Positions 51,536-64,000 of a DNA stretch of 64,000 bases are shown here, in pieces. The position numbers were made by a program, and so were the translations under genes. The stretch's first letter is position 1; each line of letters opens with the position of its first letter. Source of the DNA: Octopus vulgaris (Eukaryota); contig OX597816.1 of assembly GCA_951406725.2 (NCBI GenBank), positions 150,474,001-150,538,000 of the forward strand, written 5' to 3'. The notes beneath the pieces were generated by a model. That model made no database searches. It was not told where the DNA came from and saw only the letters and a program-made list of their open reading frames with translations.

Positions 51536-52019
51536 ACAACAAACAATATGAGGACACATATCCATCCAATGTAAATAATGTAAATAATGTACAGAATTTC
51601 TCATCTCTAAAATATGGAACAGTATGAGGTGTAGTAATATTGAAGGAAGTGGCTTTGTGCCAGATGATGAGAAGTTAGAGTATGAATAGAAGGATAGAAA
51701 TAGAGGGCTTGCAGATACACAGCCCCATCAGTCGGCGAGACAGAAAGAAGAGAGAGATAAGATGGTGAAGATGCGATGGGATATACACCCAAGTTATAGT
51801 GCAGTGTATGTTGTGAAGTAGACTAGGGATTGGATAGAGCAAGTGGATGAGTAAGTTCACAAAATTGTGAAAGGAGTGTGGGAGATGAAGTGGGAAGGAG
51901 AAAATAATGAGTAGACACAGATAGTGGGAAGGGTGTTAGGATGATGTATTGTGAGGAAGAGATTTGACATATTTTGTGCAGATAGGTTCATAAGGTAGTG
52001 AGGCAGAGAGATAAAGAAT

Positions 52020-52775
52020 ATGCCTTTGTGGCCTCAGTTATACTTAGCTGGACAAGTCTTCTCAAGCATAGTAAATTGCCAATTGTCTCAAACCCTTGTC
52101 ATCTCCTCTGTGAGGCTCAACATCTGAAGATCAATTTTCACTATTTTGTTCCATGTCCCCATAGGTGTTTCTCTCCCTCAGGTTCCTTCAACATTTAGAG
52201 ATATGCACTTCTTTATGCAGCTGTCTTCATCCATGCATATCACATGACTTAATTAGTGCAGTCTTCTTTCTTGCACATTGCATTTGATGCCTCTTATACC
52301 CAATTTTTCTTTCAATGCATTTACATTTTGTCATACTTTGCACATCTAGCATTAAATGCTGGTTTCATTTATTTCAAAGCCTTTGCATGTCCTCTGCAGT
52401 CACAGCCCACGCTTTGCTACCATGTAGCATAGCTGTTCATACCCAGGCATCATACAATTTTCTTTTCACTGTGAGGAAGAGGCCCTTCTTACCAACAAAG
52501 GTTACAACTCTCTGAACTTTGTCCAGTTGGTTCTTATTGTAGCTACTATGCTTTCAGAATTGACTTTCACCTTACTGACAGCAGCTTTCTACATGGCTTG
52601 GACAGCTCCTACCTGTTACTCATCTAGCCCTAGCTTCCACAGTGACCACCAGATGAGGGAGCAAAAAACTTTGTAAAAAGGCTTTCTCCATGACAACAAA
52701 TGCCGAGAACAGTGGCTTATTTTTCACTAAATGCTTCTCCTGCAGATGCCTTATTAGAAAGATAGCATCAGTGTA
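52020..52775 (-). mobile_element. Internally deleted RTE LINE
   Basis: TDAIFLIRHLQEKHLVKNKPLFSAFVVMEKAF (ORF 52620-52814) plus downstream C-terminal motifs. Confidence 0.85.
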
Positions 52776-53563
52776 TATTGGGTGATTTTTATGTGGCACC
52801 AGCAGAGTCACCAAGCAACTTGCAAGACAAAGACCTTTTGGCTAGGAGAGGGAGTGGTATTAAAGGAAGTAGCTTTGTGCCAGTCAGGAAGTTAAAGTTT
52901 AATAGAGGAATAGAAATAGGTGTCTTACTATACAGATATTTGGTTATGCCATTACTTATTAATATATAGAGATATACATAAAGTATATTTACATATGTAG
53001 GCACACGTGTGTGTGTGTGCGCAAGAGAAATTTAATGTAGTTAGACTACATTAAGTAATGCCTATTCTGTAGAAAATATACAAATGTGAATAGGATGTTT
53101 TCACACTGTCTGAAATCACTACAGCTGAAGGCTTTAAAATAAATAACTGTAGAAGATGTAGCTATATTATTCATGTTTCAGGTACATATATTATAAACAC
53201 AAACATGAAAGAAAACTATCTAGAGAAAAAAGATACCAGTAAAGATAGTTGGAGTTAAATATCTAGACAACAAATGTTAAGAGCTTTTCTCAGTGTCTCT
53301 GTTATTTATTGATGAGTAACAATAGAAGTATCTGATTTGAAATAACACACTGTGAACACCATTACCAACACCACTCTCTCCCAGCCTCTTTCATATTATT
53401 CATCTTGAAATTCATTAGAATTTTCTCAAAATATAATCAAACACATGCATACTCATGTACTCATAAAAAATTATTAATAATAATAATAATGATTTCTTTA
53501 ATTGGCCATAAGGGTCAAAGACATTGAAGACAAATACTAAGCAAAATACAAAAGAAACCAACA

Positions 53564-53605
<42 letters not shown>

Positions 53606-54087
53606 TACTCATTCATACCATATTGTGATTTAAAAAATTTGAAATTTAAATAAATACTTTTTCTTTTAATTAAAAAAGAAAAGAATCTGAAAGAATAATC
53701 AAAGAGCTCTATTAATGATAGTGTATTTCAGCTTGTATTGAACTTCTTTCTATACTGCTCTCGTCTCAATACATTCCCTACCCCACTTCCAGTTCTCTCT
53801 TTCTCTCTCCCTCCCTCCCTTCTTCCCTCTCTTTCTCTCTCTCTCCCTCACTCCCTCTCTTTCTCTCTCTCTTTCACACACACAAACAGTTATTAGAGTA
53901 CATTAGTAATAAAAAAAATAAAACTAACTAGATATGTTTCTTGCTTTGTAATATTTAACATTCAGCTTCTTATTTTTATTATTTTCTGTCGATCAGGAAT
54001 ACATCCATGTTGTTGGCAGTAGTACTGCCTTATTTTACCAAATGATTCCCTTTTCCCAAAAACCAAAATAAATATGAACTAGGGTTT

Positions 54088-54132
<45 letters not shown>

Positions 54133-56145
54133 CTCCCTCTCTTTCTCTCTCTCTCTCACCAAATTCTCTCTCTGACCAAATTAATGTTGATTTGTCTGCA
54201 TTTGCCATACTTTTTTCTTTCCGCTCCTCTTTTTTTTTTGTTTGTTTCAATATTTTTTTCTTTGAGTTATTTATGCAAGTGTATTTTAGTCTTGTAATTT
54301 CCAAATGGATCAATCCTTTTGTCTTTACAAAAACAGCCAATGGTAGAAAAATAGCTGTTGTACATTTTATTTGTAACTCTTGTGGAATATTTGCTGCTGT
54401 TTTTGATTTCTTGTTCCTTTGCTGTATGTATTTTTGTTTTTGTTGTTTTGTATAAATAAGGAAAGAGGGAGATAGAAACTGGCTGATAGTAACACTAATG
54501 CAGCCATCAACTAATCATGCTTCATACTAAATCAATATAAGATTTCTATTCATTTTGGCATCAAAGCTAGTCATGGATTTGGAGGTAGTGGGGCAAGACC
54601 AGTGATAGCTTCATAAAGTTGGTATATTTTAAGTAATCTTTAAGTTGGCATTATGCAATTTTATGTTATATAATTCCTTATATACTTGCTTATAAATCCT
54701 GTTAGATTAGAAGTGAAATTATTTATTAATGGTGTATATTACTGTCAGATAATTATTTTTATTTCGTGTTTTGAAATGTTGGTTTTTATTATAAATTTCC
54801 CTGTGTGCATGCATGGATATGCATGTGCCTTTATCTTTTATCTTACATGTATTAAGGGTGAAATGTTATATGGATTGACTGAAACACTTCACATCTCTGA
54901 CTTGCAATTGATTCCTTATATTCTGGTTGAAAAAGGAAAAGGTTTTTTACTGTATAAAAACCTAACTTCACTTAAAGCCTGGAAGGAATTAAATTATTTC
55001 CAGGAACATGGCACATGTGAATCCGATGGCCTAGTTGAAGTAATGATATTAATAATAGTCCTTTCTACTATAGGCACAAGGCCTCAAATTTTGGTGGGAA
55101 AGTGCTAGTTGATTATATTGGCCCCAGCACTCAACTTTGTTTCATGTTTTATTGACTCTATTTTCATGTTTTATCTTAGAAAATGAAAAATTTTAAACAT
55201 TTAATTTCTTTCGTATCACAGAATAATAACAGAAAAGATAAAATAACAGTAATATCCTATAACCCACTGCAGCTTATTTATGGTTTATCATGATGAATGT
55301 TCTAAGATTTCTTTTCATTCATTTAATGTTTTTGAAAACATCATTTGTAAATATAGGTATTTATATCAAACAGTTTCCAACTGGCAGTAGGCCAGGTCAT
55401 GACTTGTATAGAGACATCACTGGAAAAATTATATATAAAAATGTGTTTAAACAGTTCATTAAACACTATTTAAATAGTATATTCTGTGATATTTTATTCC
55501 TCATCACTATTATGTTGCATATATAATTGTATGAGGTTGCTATGGTGTTATAGTGTTTTTGGAGAAGGATACATGGGAGTAATATCCTGCTGAGTTCTTC
55601 AAATATTTTGTTGATAACTCAGATACGATTATAAAGAAAGAAGTCAGTAAGGTAGGCAAGTAAATATGGAAAATGAAAGTGAGCTGACAAAGACAAGTAT
55701 AAATGAATGAATGTGAGAGAAACGATTAAAAGTGGGATAGGAGGAAAGAAAATGTGTGTGTGTGCACACATGCATATATAAAGCACTATTGAAAGAGTAA
55801 CAAAAAACAATATCAGTGATATTTCAAATATTCATTTCTCTTACAGCCGTTTCAGTAACTCTTATGTAATATTACAACATATTTAAAAAATCCAGAAATC
55901 AGTGACAGCAGCGAGCTGACCAGCTACAACAGTTAATGCTTTTCTTTTCACTTAGGCAGAAGGGCAATGTCCATAACAGTTTATAGGATCTCTGAAGCTG
56001 AGGGAATGAGAGAGGAAGGAAGATAGCTTTAAACCAAGGGCCTGGCCTGAATCTTGTAACAGAATTGAATCCACTAAAGTTACTCAAGGACAACATGATG
56101 GTGTTGAACTAAGCAACAAATTAAGTTTATCATCTATACAGACCA

Positions 56146-56346
56146 CAGCAGGACTACCAGGCACAGTACTTCAGTATGATTTTACATCATCAGAGGCAGA
56201 CATCAGCTTGATCATTTGGAGTGAAACAAAAGCCGTTGTTTCTGTGTAAAAATCAGCAAATAATACATTTTCTGGTGTATTTAGAGGTTTACTAAACTGC
56301 AATTAATTCAGTATAAGCACACAAAGCAGCAATGATCAAAATAAAG
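56146..56346 (+). repeat. ~200-bp dispersed duplication, copy 1
   Basis: Colinear with 60781-60982, roughly 85% identical by eye. Confidence 0.9.
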
Positions 56347-57894
56347 AGCTAGAACAAATACCACAAGGCATCTAGTCCATTGCTTTAACAATTCCACAAG
56401 TTCATTGCTGTAGACTGGTATTTTATTTTTTGACACTGGTAGGAAGAGAGAGGCAAAGTTGACCATCAGTGGAATTTGTACTCAAAATGCAAGAAACAAA
56501 TGATAGCAAAATCATTACCTTTTCTGGACCTAAATTCTTAGCTATTATTCACGAGTTAGATGTTTTCAAGATAAATTGAGTTCCATCATCACTTGGATTA
56601 TTGGGACACCATTGAAAGCTTTGGGTTTATATAAGGTTTGAATAGAACTTTCTTGTTACCTTTTGTAGACCATTAGGAAGATTTGAACTGTACATTATTA
56701 TGAAATTTGTCATTTATTTTTTCACTAACTTCAGTCATGAGATAGTGACTGCCCTGGGATATAACCTTCTTAGGTATAATCTATTACATTAACCACCAAA
56801 AATATTTTATTGAACTGAAAAGGATAAAAGGAAGTAAATCTGAGTGGGATTTCAACCTGGAACACCTTGTAGTGCAATCAAATACCATAAGATAATCTAT
56901 CCAATGCTCTGCTGTTTCTACAAATCCAACTGCCATATATTTGTTATCTGTACAGGGCCCTTATCACATTGTTTACAGCAATAAATTACACCACCCCATG
57001 GTATCTATTTACAGTGTTGTTGTGTCATGTACTGGGTTATTGAAAGCTAAATTTCTTAGCTATGAACATACAAAGCAACAGTTGTAAAAGTAAATAAATA
57101 TCAATCATTTGACTGGTAATCCATCACGCTATTGGTTAAAGCAGCTGTATGAGAGTTATATCCTTGTGTAAAAGAATAATAGGGAATATTTTATATATAT
57201 ATATTACTGATAAAAGAGAATTATATGTGTACATACACATGCATACTGACATACACTCTTACATTAACATGCATTTGTTTGTGTGTGCATATATGTTTAC
57301 ACACACACACATATATATATGCACACACATATACACACAAACAAGCACACATATATAAATATAAACTTATACACACTTACACACCTATATACATATATAT
57401 GTGTTCATACACACACATATACATATGTACAATGCATGCATACACATACACACATTCATGATATTTGGCATCTGTTTGTTCATGGTTTATTACCTTGTCA
57501 ATACACATTTCAAATCAATCGATAACTGCTCTTCTCTGCTTATACTATTTCCTATTCAAAACTCTTATGTTTTATTACACAGTATTGCCCAGCCTATTAT
57601 AAGAAACAATGTAAACGTTTGATTTCATGAAAATTGCAATTCAAACTTTTATTTATTTATTATATTTGTCTTTATTACTTGTTAGTATGAGGATCAAGAA
57701 CAATAGCCATAAAGCTTTTAGGTCCTGTTAAAGTAAGGGAAATAGGGTTAACATGATAAGGTTAATGTGGCTTTAGTTGTTAACAAGAATTTTGCTTTAC
57801 AGCGATGGAGTTCTCAAATGTGATCTTATTGTATGGTACCTTGAGCAAGTTTCTTTTGCAATAGTCTCATGCTGAGCAATATCGTGTCAGAGGA

Positions 57895-58324
57895 ATTTGG
57901 TAGCTAGATACTATGTGGAAGCCTGGTGCTGTGTGTGTATGTGTGTGTTTGCAATTTTTTTATCTTTTGCCAATATACACCAGTGAAAGATAAACTCATA
58001 CACATATATGTGAATAAGTAACAAGTTTATATATGTGTATATACACACACACACACTTACCCACATACATATATACATCCTCATTATCATCTTCATCATT
58101 TTACATACATTTTCCATACCACCAGGGTTGGACAATTCAACAGGACCCAACATGTCAGAGGCCCCTGTCTTGCTCCAGTGTCTTAGTTTTGGCATGGTTT
58201 CTATGGTTGGATGCCCTTCCTAATGCCAGTCATTTTCCAGAGTGCACAGAATATTTGGTAGCTAGATACTATGTGGAAGCCTGGTGCTGTGTGTGTATGT
58301 GTGTGTGTGTTTGCAATTTTTTTA
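57895..58324 (+). repeat. ~70-bp direct repeats (57895-57962, 58253-58324) flanking a SINE fragment
   Basis: atttggtagctagatactatgtggaagcctggtgctgtgtgtg...gcaatttttttA twice. Confidence 0.92.
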
Positions 58325-58659
58325 GGCACCAGTACTCTAATGGTTACCTCGCCTTCAACTATACTAAGAAACCTTCATAAGTCCTGTGTTTTCACAGCTT
58401 GATTTCATTTACCACCCACTTAAAGACTGCAGGGTGTGACTTTGTTTTTTATGGCACCACCACTAGTAGAGTTTCCTCGTAGCTCACAATATGAAGGAGA
58501 ACTTGTGTGATTGAAAAAATAGCAGTATGATGGAAGTTCTTGTAAGGATGGTACTGGAGAAAGTAACTAATGGAACATTTGGATGGTGGGGATAATGGCA
58601 AAAAGAGGGGAGAGAGGAAGCCTAAATGTAATGTCAATAATGTGTGTGTGTATACACAT

Positions 58660-58690
<31 letters not shown>

Positions 58691-60780
58691 AAGTAAAAAT
58701 TATAATAAACATGAGATGATTGGCAATTTGCTGTGCTTTACATGACCATCCATCTAAATAAAACTGTGACCCTAGAGGCATGTTGTTTATTGTCTTTGCT
58801 CTTGCTCACAGTATATCCCAGACAAATCTTTCCCCCATAGATCATCTTCCTAACATTCCCTTCCTCCACCTGTGTTCACTCACTGCATTTCCCTCACCTC
58901 CATCTTTAATATCCTCCTTCCATGCTAGTATGGAAGGAGGATATTAAATGGTGATGGTAATAATGATGATGGTATGAGTTTTAAATTATTACATAACTTC
59001 AGGCATGTCTCAATAGAGTAGCCCTATGATCAAATGCTTTCAAGTTATGACTGTTTCATATTTTATTCAAGCGTGATGTATTTAATTTGTCTTCTTTTTT
59101 TTTTAAAACAAAAAGAAAAACAAAGAAGAGTGTATTAGGATATGATTTGAAAGAGATTTGGCTGTTATTTTTGGCAGACGGAACAATCAAATAAGAGGCT
59201 CCTTCCTGAATGTAAATTTTATTAGCTTACATGAGGAGAAAGGACCAGTATGCCTTGCTGTGTCACATACTTCTGGAATAAAGATTTTATTTAGCAAAAA
59301 GTAGCTAAAATTTAAATGGAACTACTGTAGATTAATTGCTAAAAGGCCATTACAGGTACAAGTAAGAGTTTCAGTGTATGGGAGTGGTGAGAAAAAAATA
59401 TTCAGAAAAATATTTTGTGCTATGTCTAGAGTCAAGGGAATATAGTGAGGTGAATGCATCAAATAGTCTGGAATGTTAATATTGCACTTTGAGCCAATAG
59501 AAATCATATGATGCTTTTGTGGTAAAAGTAATGGCTTAGCAAAAATGGATGAGTCCAAACTAGTTAGTCTCACCCCTGTATAATCCTTAATTCAAATCTC
59601 ACCACTGTTGTCTTTACCTTTCATCCTTCCAATATTAATACAATTAATATTACTAATATACTTGTATATTTCTCTATGGTATGCACTGATTGGATTGACT
59701 GGGTTCAGTTAACTTTGCTATTTTCCTGTTAATATAAATATGTTGATCTGTAGCATCACCAAAAACTGGCATTTGGATTTACAATATCCAATATCTAAAC
59801 CTTGTAGGGCAGAAACAGTCTTTTGTGTGTGTGTGTGTGTGTGTGTCTGAATATGAAGTTAACATTGGAAGTCAAAATTGTTGATTATGTTAGAAAAGCT
59901 GATGGTCCTGTGTCTTGTCAAAAGAAATCTATATTCTAATTGTTAAAATAACTATATTAAAAATAACATTAGGATGAATAACAATTGGTTGTTACCTTTC
60001 TTCACTATATTTTATTGATGAGCTTTAGTTATTTAAAATTTTTTTCCTATTACCAACTGAATGCAGTTTCATCAAGTGTTTTACACAGCTGAACTTGTCT
60101 ATACAGTTTCCTGTGATACTTTCTTATTCATCATCAGTTATTTGCAAAGAAGCTTGCTGTTTAAAATGAGCAATTCTTAGTTGACAGCCATCTTGACAAA
60201 AAGTGTTACACAACATTATATTACATGCAATTCTTATCTTAATACTCATTAAAGCAGTTTGTTGACACTTTTTATTCACATTATCTTATTTACATTCTGA
60301 CTGAGGAATCTTCTCTTTCACATCTGGGATGTACTAAATGTAGTTCAAAATAAGTCTGGAAGGGGTTAATGAAGCTGATGGCCTTGAATGTGACACAGTG
60401 AATCCTAAAATCCAGTATAAATTATCAAAGTTGCAGACATATGCACCATAACTTGCAGATTAGTCTCTTATTATATCTTTATCACTGGGTATTTTTCATA
60501 TGTATAGATAGATTAATATAGATATAGATATATGCCAACACATGCAAATATGGATAAATGGATGCAAACTGATGATAATTTAGTATATATTTTTTTACTG
60601 GCTCCAGTCATTGAACTGTGACATTACTGGAAGCAATCTTTAAGGTTTTAGTCAATCATATTGGCCCTACAACTTATTTCAGTCTAGTACTTATTTTATC
60701 AATCTCCATCAACCCGTTCTGAAATTTTGCCTCACAGAAACATTTCCCTCAGTAGAACTTGTGTAAAAACACAGTGGCAT

Positions 60781-60982
60781 CAGCAGGACTACCAGACACA
60801 GTGCTTCAATGTGATCTCACATCTTCAGAGGCAAACATCAGCTTGGTGACTTGGAGTGAAGCAAAAACTTTTGTTTCTGTGTAGAAATCAGCAAATAATA
60901 CATTTTCTTATGTGTTTTGGAGGTTTACTGAACTGCAATTAATTCAGTATAAGCACATTAAACCACGAGGATCAAAATAAAG
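60781..60982 (+). repeat. ~200-bp dispersed duplication, copy 2
   Basis: See 56146-56346. Confidence 0.9.
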
Positions 60983-61399
60983 ATGTGTCCATTTATTTTT
61001 AACACATTCCTGCACTCTAAAGATAACAATAATCTTTACTGTTTTGTGTGCTTATACCATATATATATATTGATATAATTACATATATCTATCTATCTAT
61101 CTATATATATATATATATATATTCATATCATGGCCTTCTACACTGTTTAAGTCTTTTAAATTTCAAATTCTAGTTACTGTAAGTGGCTGGAGTAGAAAGG
61201 ACTTACGTAAAGTATGTATAGTGGGATCAAACCTAAAAGCACATAATTGTTGTAAAGCAAATTTTATGTGTACATATACAGCCATGCCTGCACCTACATG
61301 TACACACAAAGCACATACACATGCACACTCGTATATGCATGCACATGCGCACATATGCACATGCACACACATGCCCGTATGAGAGAAAATGTGGTGATG

Positions 61400-62110
61400 A
61401 GATGCTAGAATATACCCTCAAGGTGAGGGTTGTATGAATTGTATAATCTACCCTTGTGTGGGGGTCATCCAGGTCTGGAGTTATCAATGAACAAAAGTTT
61501 GAAGTTCATTCACAAGGTATGCTTTTGGTTACAACAATAAGGAAGTCATTTTTCGTGTAAATGGATATTGTGAGCTGGTGAAGTGTGTCTAGTTTCTCAT
61601 GGAGATAGAGTTGGCAAGTATGGCTCCATGTGTGTAAGGTAAAGCTCCATGTGATGTTCGGAAAGTCTTTCCAATCACCCTGGTGCCTCTAGATGACACA
61701 AGACTAAAGGGACATGAAGTCCTACCTGTCCTACACCTGAAGGATTTGTCCAGATGACACAAGACTAAAGGGACATGAAGTTTTACCTGTCCTACACCTG
61801 AAGGATTTGTTGTCTGTATTTTCCTTTAAAGTTGTTGGCTGTCCTCTCCAGGTAATGTTTTGTGATGTCATTGGATGGTATGAGGGTGGCTCTGTAGATG
61901 ACAGCCTTTGATAGGCAGATTCTTTTAGTAGATTTTGGGAGTTACAAGTTGAAGTGTAGAGGAGATACTATATGAAGTGTAGAGGGGACTATGTATGTGT
62001 CTGTTGTACCATGTAATATTAGAAGCAATATCCTGGCATATATTGTATGTTGTGTCATATTTGACTGATACAATGTGTAGGGGTGAGGGTAACTGCAGAA
62101 ACTAAACAAG
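61400..62110 (-). pseudogene. Penelope-like element GIY-YIG endonuclease region (decayed)
   Basis: Minus strand CLSKAVIYRATLIPSNDITKHYLERTANNFKGKY = decayed VIY...YIG.T..FK.RY motif at ~61810-61920. Confidence 0.75.
61691..61811. repeat. 61-bp tandem duplication
   Basis: agatgacacaagactaaagggacatgaag...cctgaaggatttgt twice. Confidence 0.95.
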
Positions 62111-62563
62111 GTTGGAAGCACACAGTTATAAGCACAGGCATGGCTGAATGGTTGAGATGTTTGCTTCACAACTGTATAGTTTTAGGCAATCCTACTGTGC
62201 AGTACCTTGGGCAAGTGTCTTCTATAGTGCCAGGTTGACCAAGGCCTTATGAGTGGATTTGGAGTGTAGAAACTGGAAGAAGCTTGTCATAAATATATGT
62301 GTATGTGTGTGTTTACATTTGTACTTCTCTGAAAATTGTTGAGCTACAAGCAGTGAGATTGTGGTCATTACCCCTTTTTTTTTTGTTTTAGCAAGAAATC
62401 CTTACTTTCCTATTTCAGTAGATCTTTAGAAATTAAAATGCTATTTAAATTCTATAAAATTTTATTATTCACCCTACAGCTTTCTATACAACTCATATTG
62501 GGTTCTATTTAGATTTTGGTATCTTTGATCTTTGAGTTAAGAGATTTTCACCCCACCTCTCTT

Positions 62564-62606
<43 letters not shown>

Positions 62607-63221
62607 GCATTGTTCCAAAACCATCATCAAAATCCTGATGAACGATGGTTGTATGATTAGTGTTGATGAATTTAAGAAAGACAGTGATGATGGGTTAGTA
62701 TGTGTGGTGCATCTATCCTTTTCCCAATGCTTGCACAAATTGTAAACAATAGCTGATGATGATTATGATTGTTTTAGTCATTGGACTGTTGTTCTACAGC
62801 TGAGTCACCTACAAAGGTTTTACTCAATCTTATCAATTCCATTATATTCATCTGGTACTTATTTTGTTGTCGTCTGCTTAATAAATTGTTCAGTTTTACA
62901 TTTTTAATGGGAAGGAGTGTAATTCAATCCACCAAATTCAATTTCACCAAATGATGTCAATGGTCATCTTCGAACCCGAAGGACGAACATTATTATTATA
63001 ACAAATGAACAAAGACTTTTCTACTCTAGGCACAAGGCCCGAAATTTTGGGGGAGGAGGCCAATTGATTAGATCAACCCCAGTACATAACTGGTACTTAA
63101 TTTATTGACCCCGGAAGGATGAAAGGCACTGAAACAAACAATATATATGGGAGTGCAGGTGTGTGTGAATGTGTATGTATGTGTAATATATATACAGATA
63201 TACATGTGGGAATATATATAT

Positions 63222-64000
<779 letters not shown>

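Noticed and set aside
53170-53187. tttCAG|GTACAT recursive-splice-like site
   Set aside because: Weak pyrimidine tract and donor; expected by chance in 64 kb
56160-56198. Minus-strand CTGA(T/A)GA...GAAG hammerhead-like motif in both duplicated copies
   Set aside because: GAAG instead of GAAA, inconsistent stem II and no stem I

Overview
Eukaryotic, AT-rich, microsatellite-dense non-coding DNA. The SINE/LINE repertoire is typical of an Octopus (coleoid cephalopod) genome; this is recognised from memory, not by search. No complete protein-coding gene, rRNA, genuine tRNA or CRISPR array is visible, and most ORF-track entries are microsatellite artefacts. Recognisable coding remnants are all decayed transposons: Penelope RT and GIY-YIG fragments, a 5'-truncated mariner, a full-length Tigger/pogo with both TIRs, a CR1 3' end, an R4/Dong-type element, several RTE fragments, and hAT, piggyBac and Helitron-like pieces, plus many tRNA-derived SINEs. 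Most interesting: (1) several minimal type-I hammerhead ribozyme motifs lying in or beside four 130-195 bp fold-back elements; (2) plus-strand splice-site-defined candidates (6-nt microexon, 24-nt GC-donor exon, Kozak-ATG exon with a perfect donor) suggesting the window lies in long introns of a plus-strand gene with short alternative N-termini; (3) a duplicated ~200-bp unit shaped like a terminal exon. All calls were made by eye, so element boundaries are approximate.
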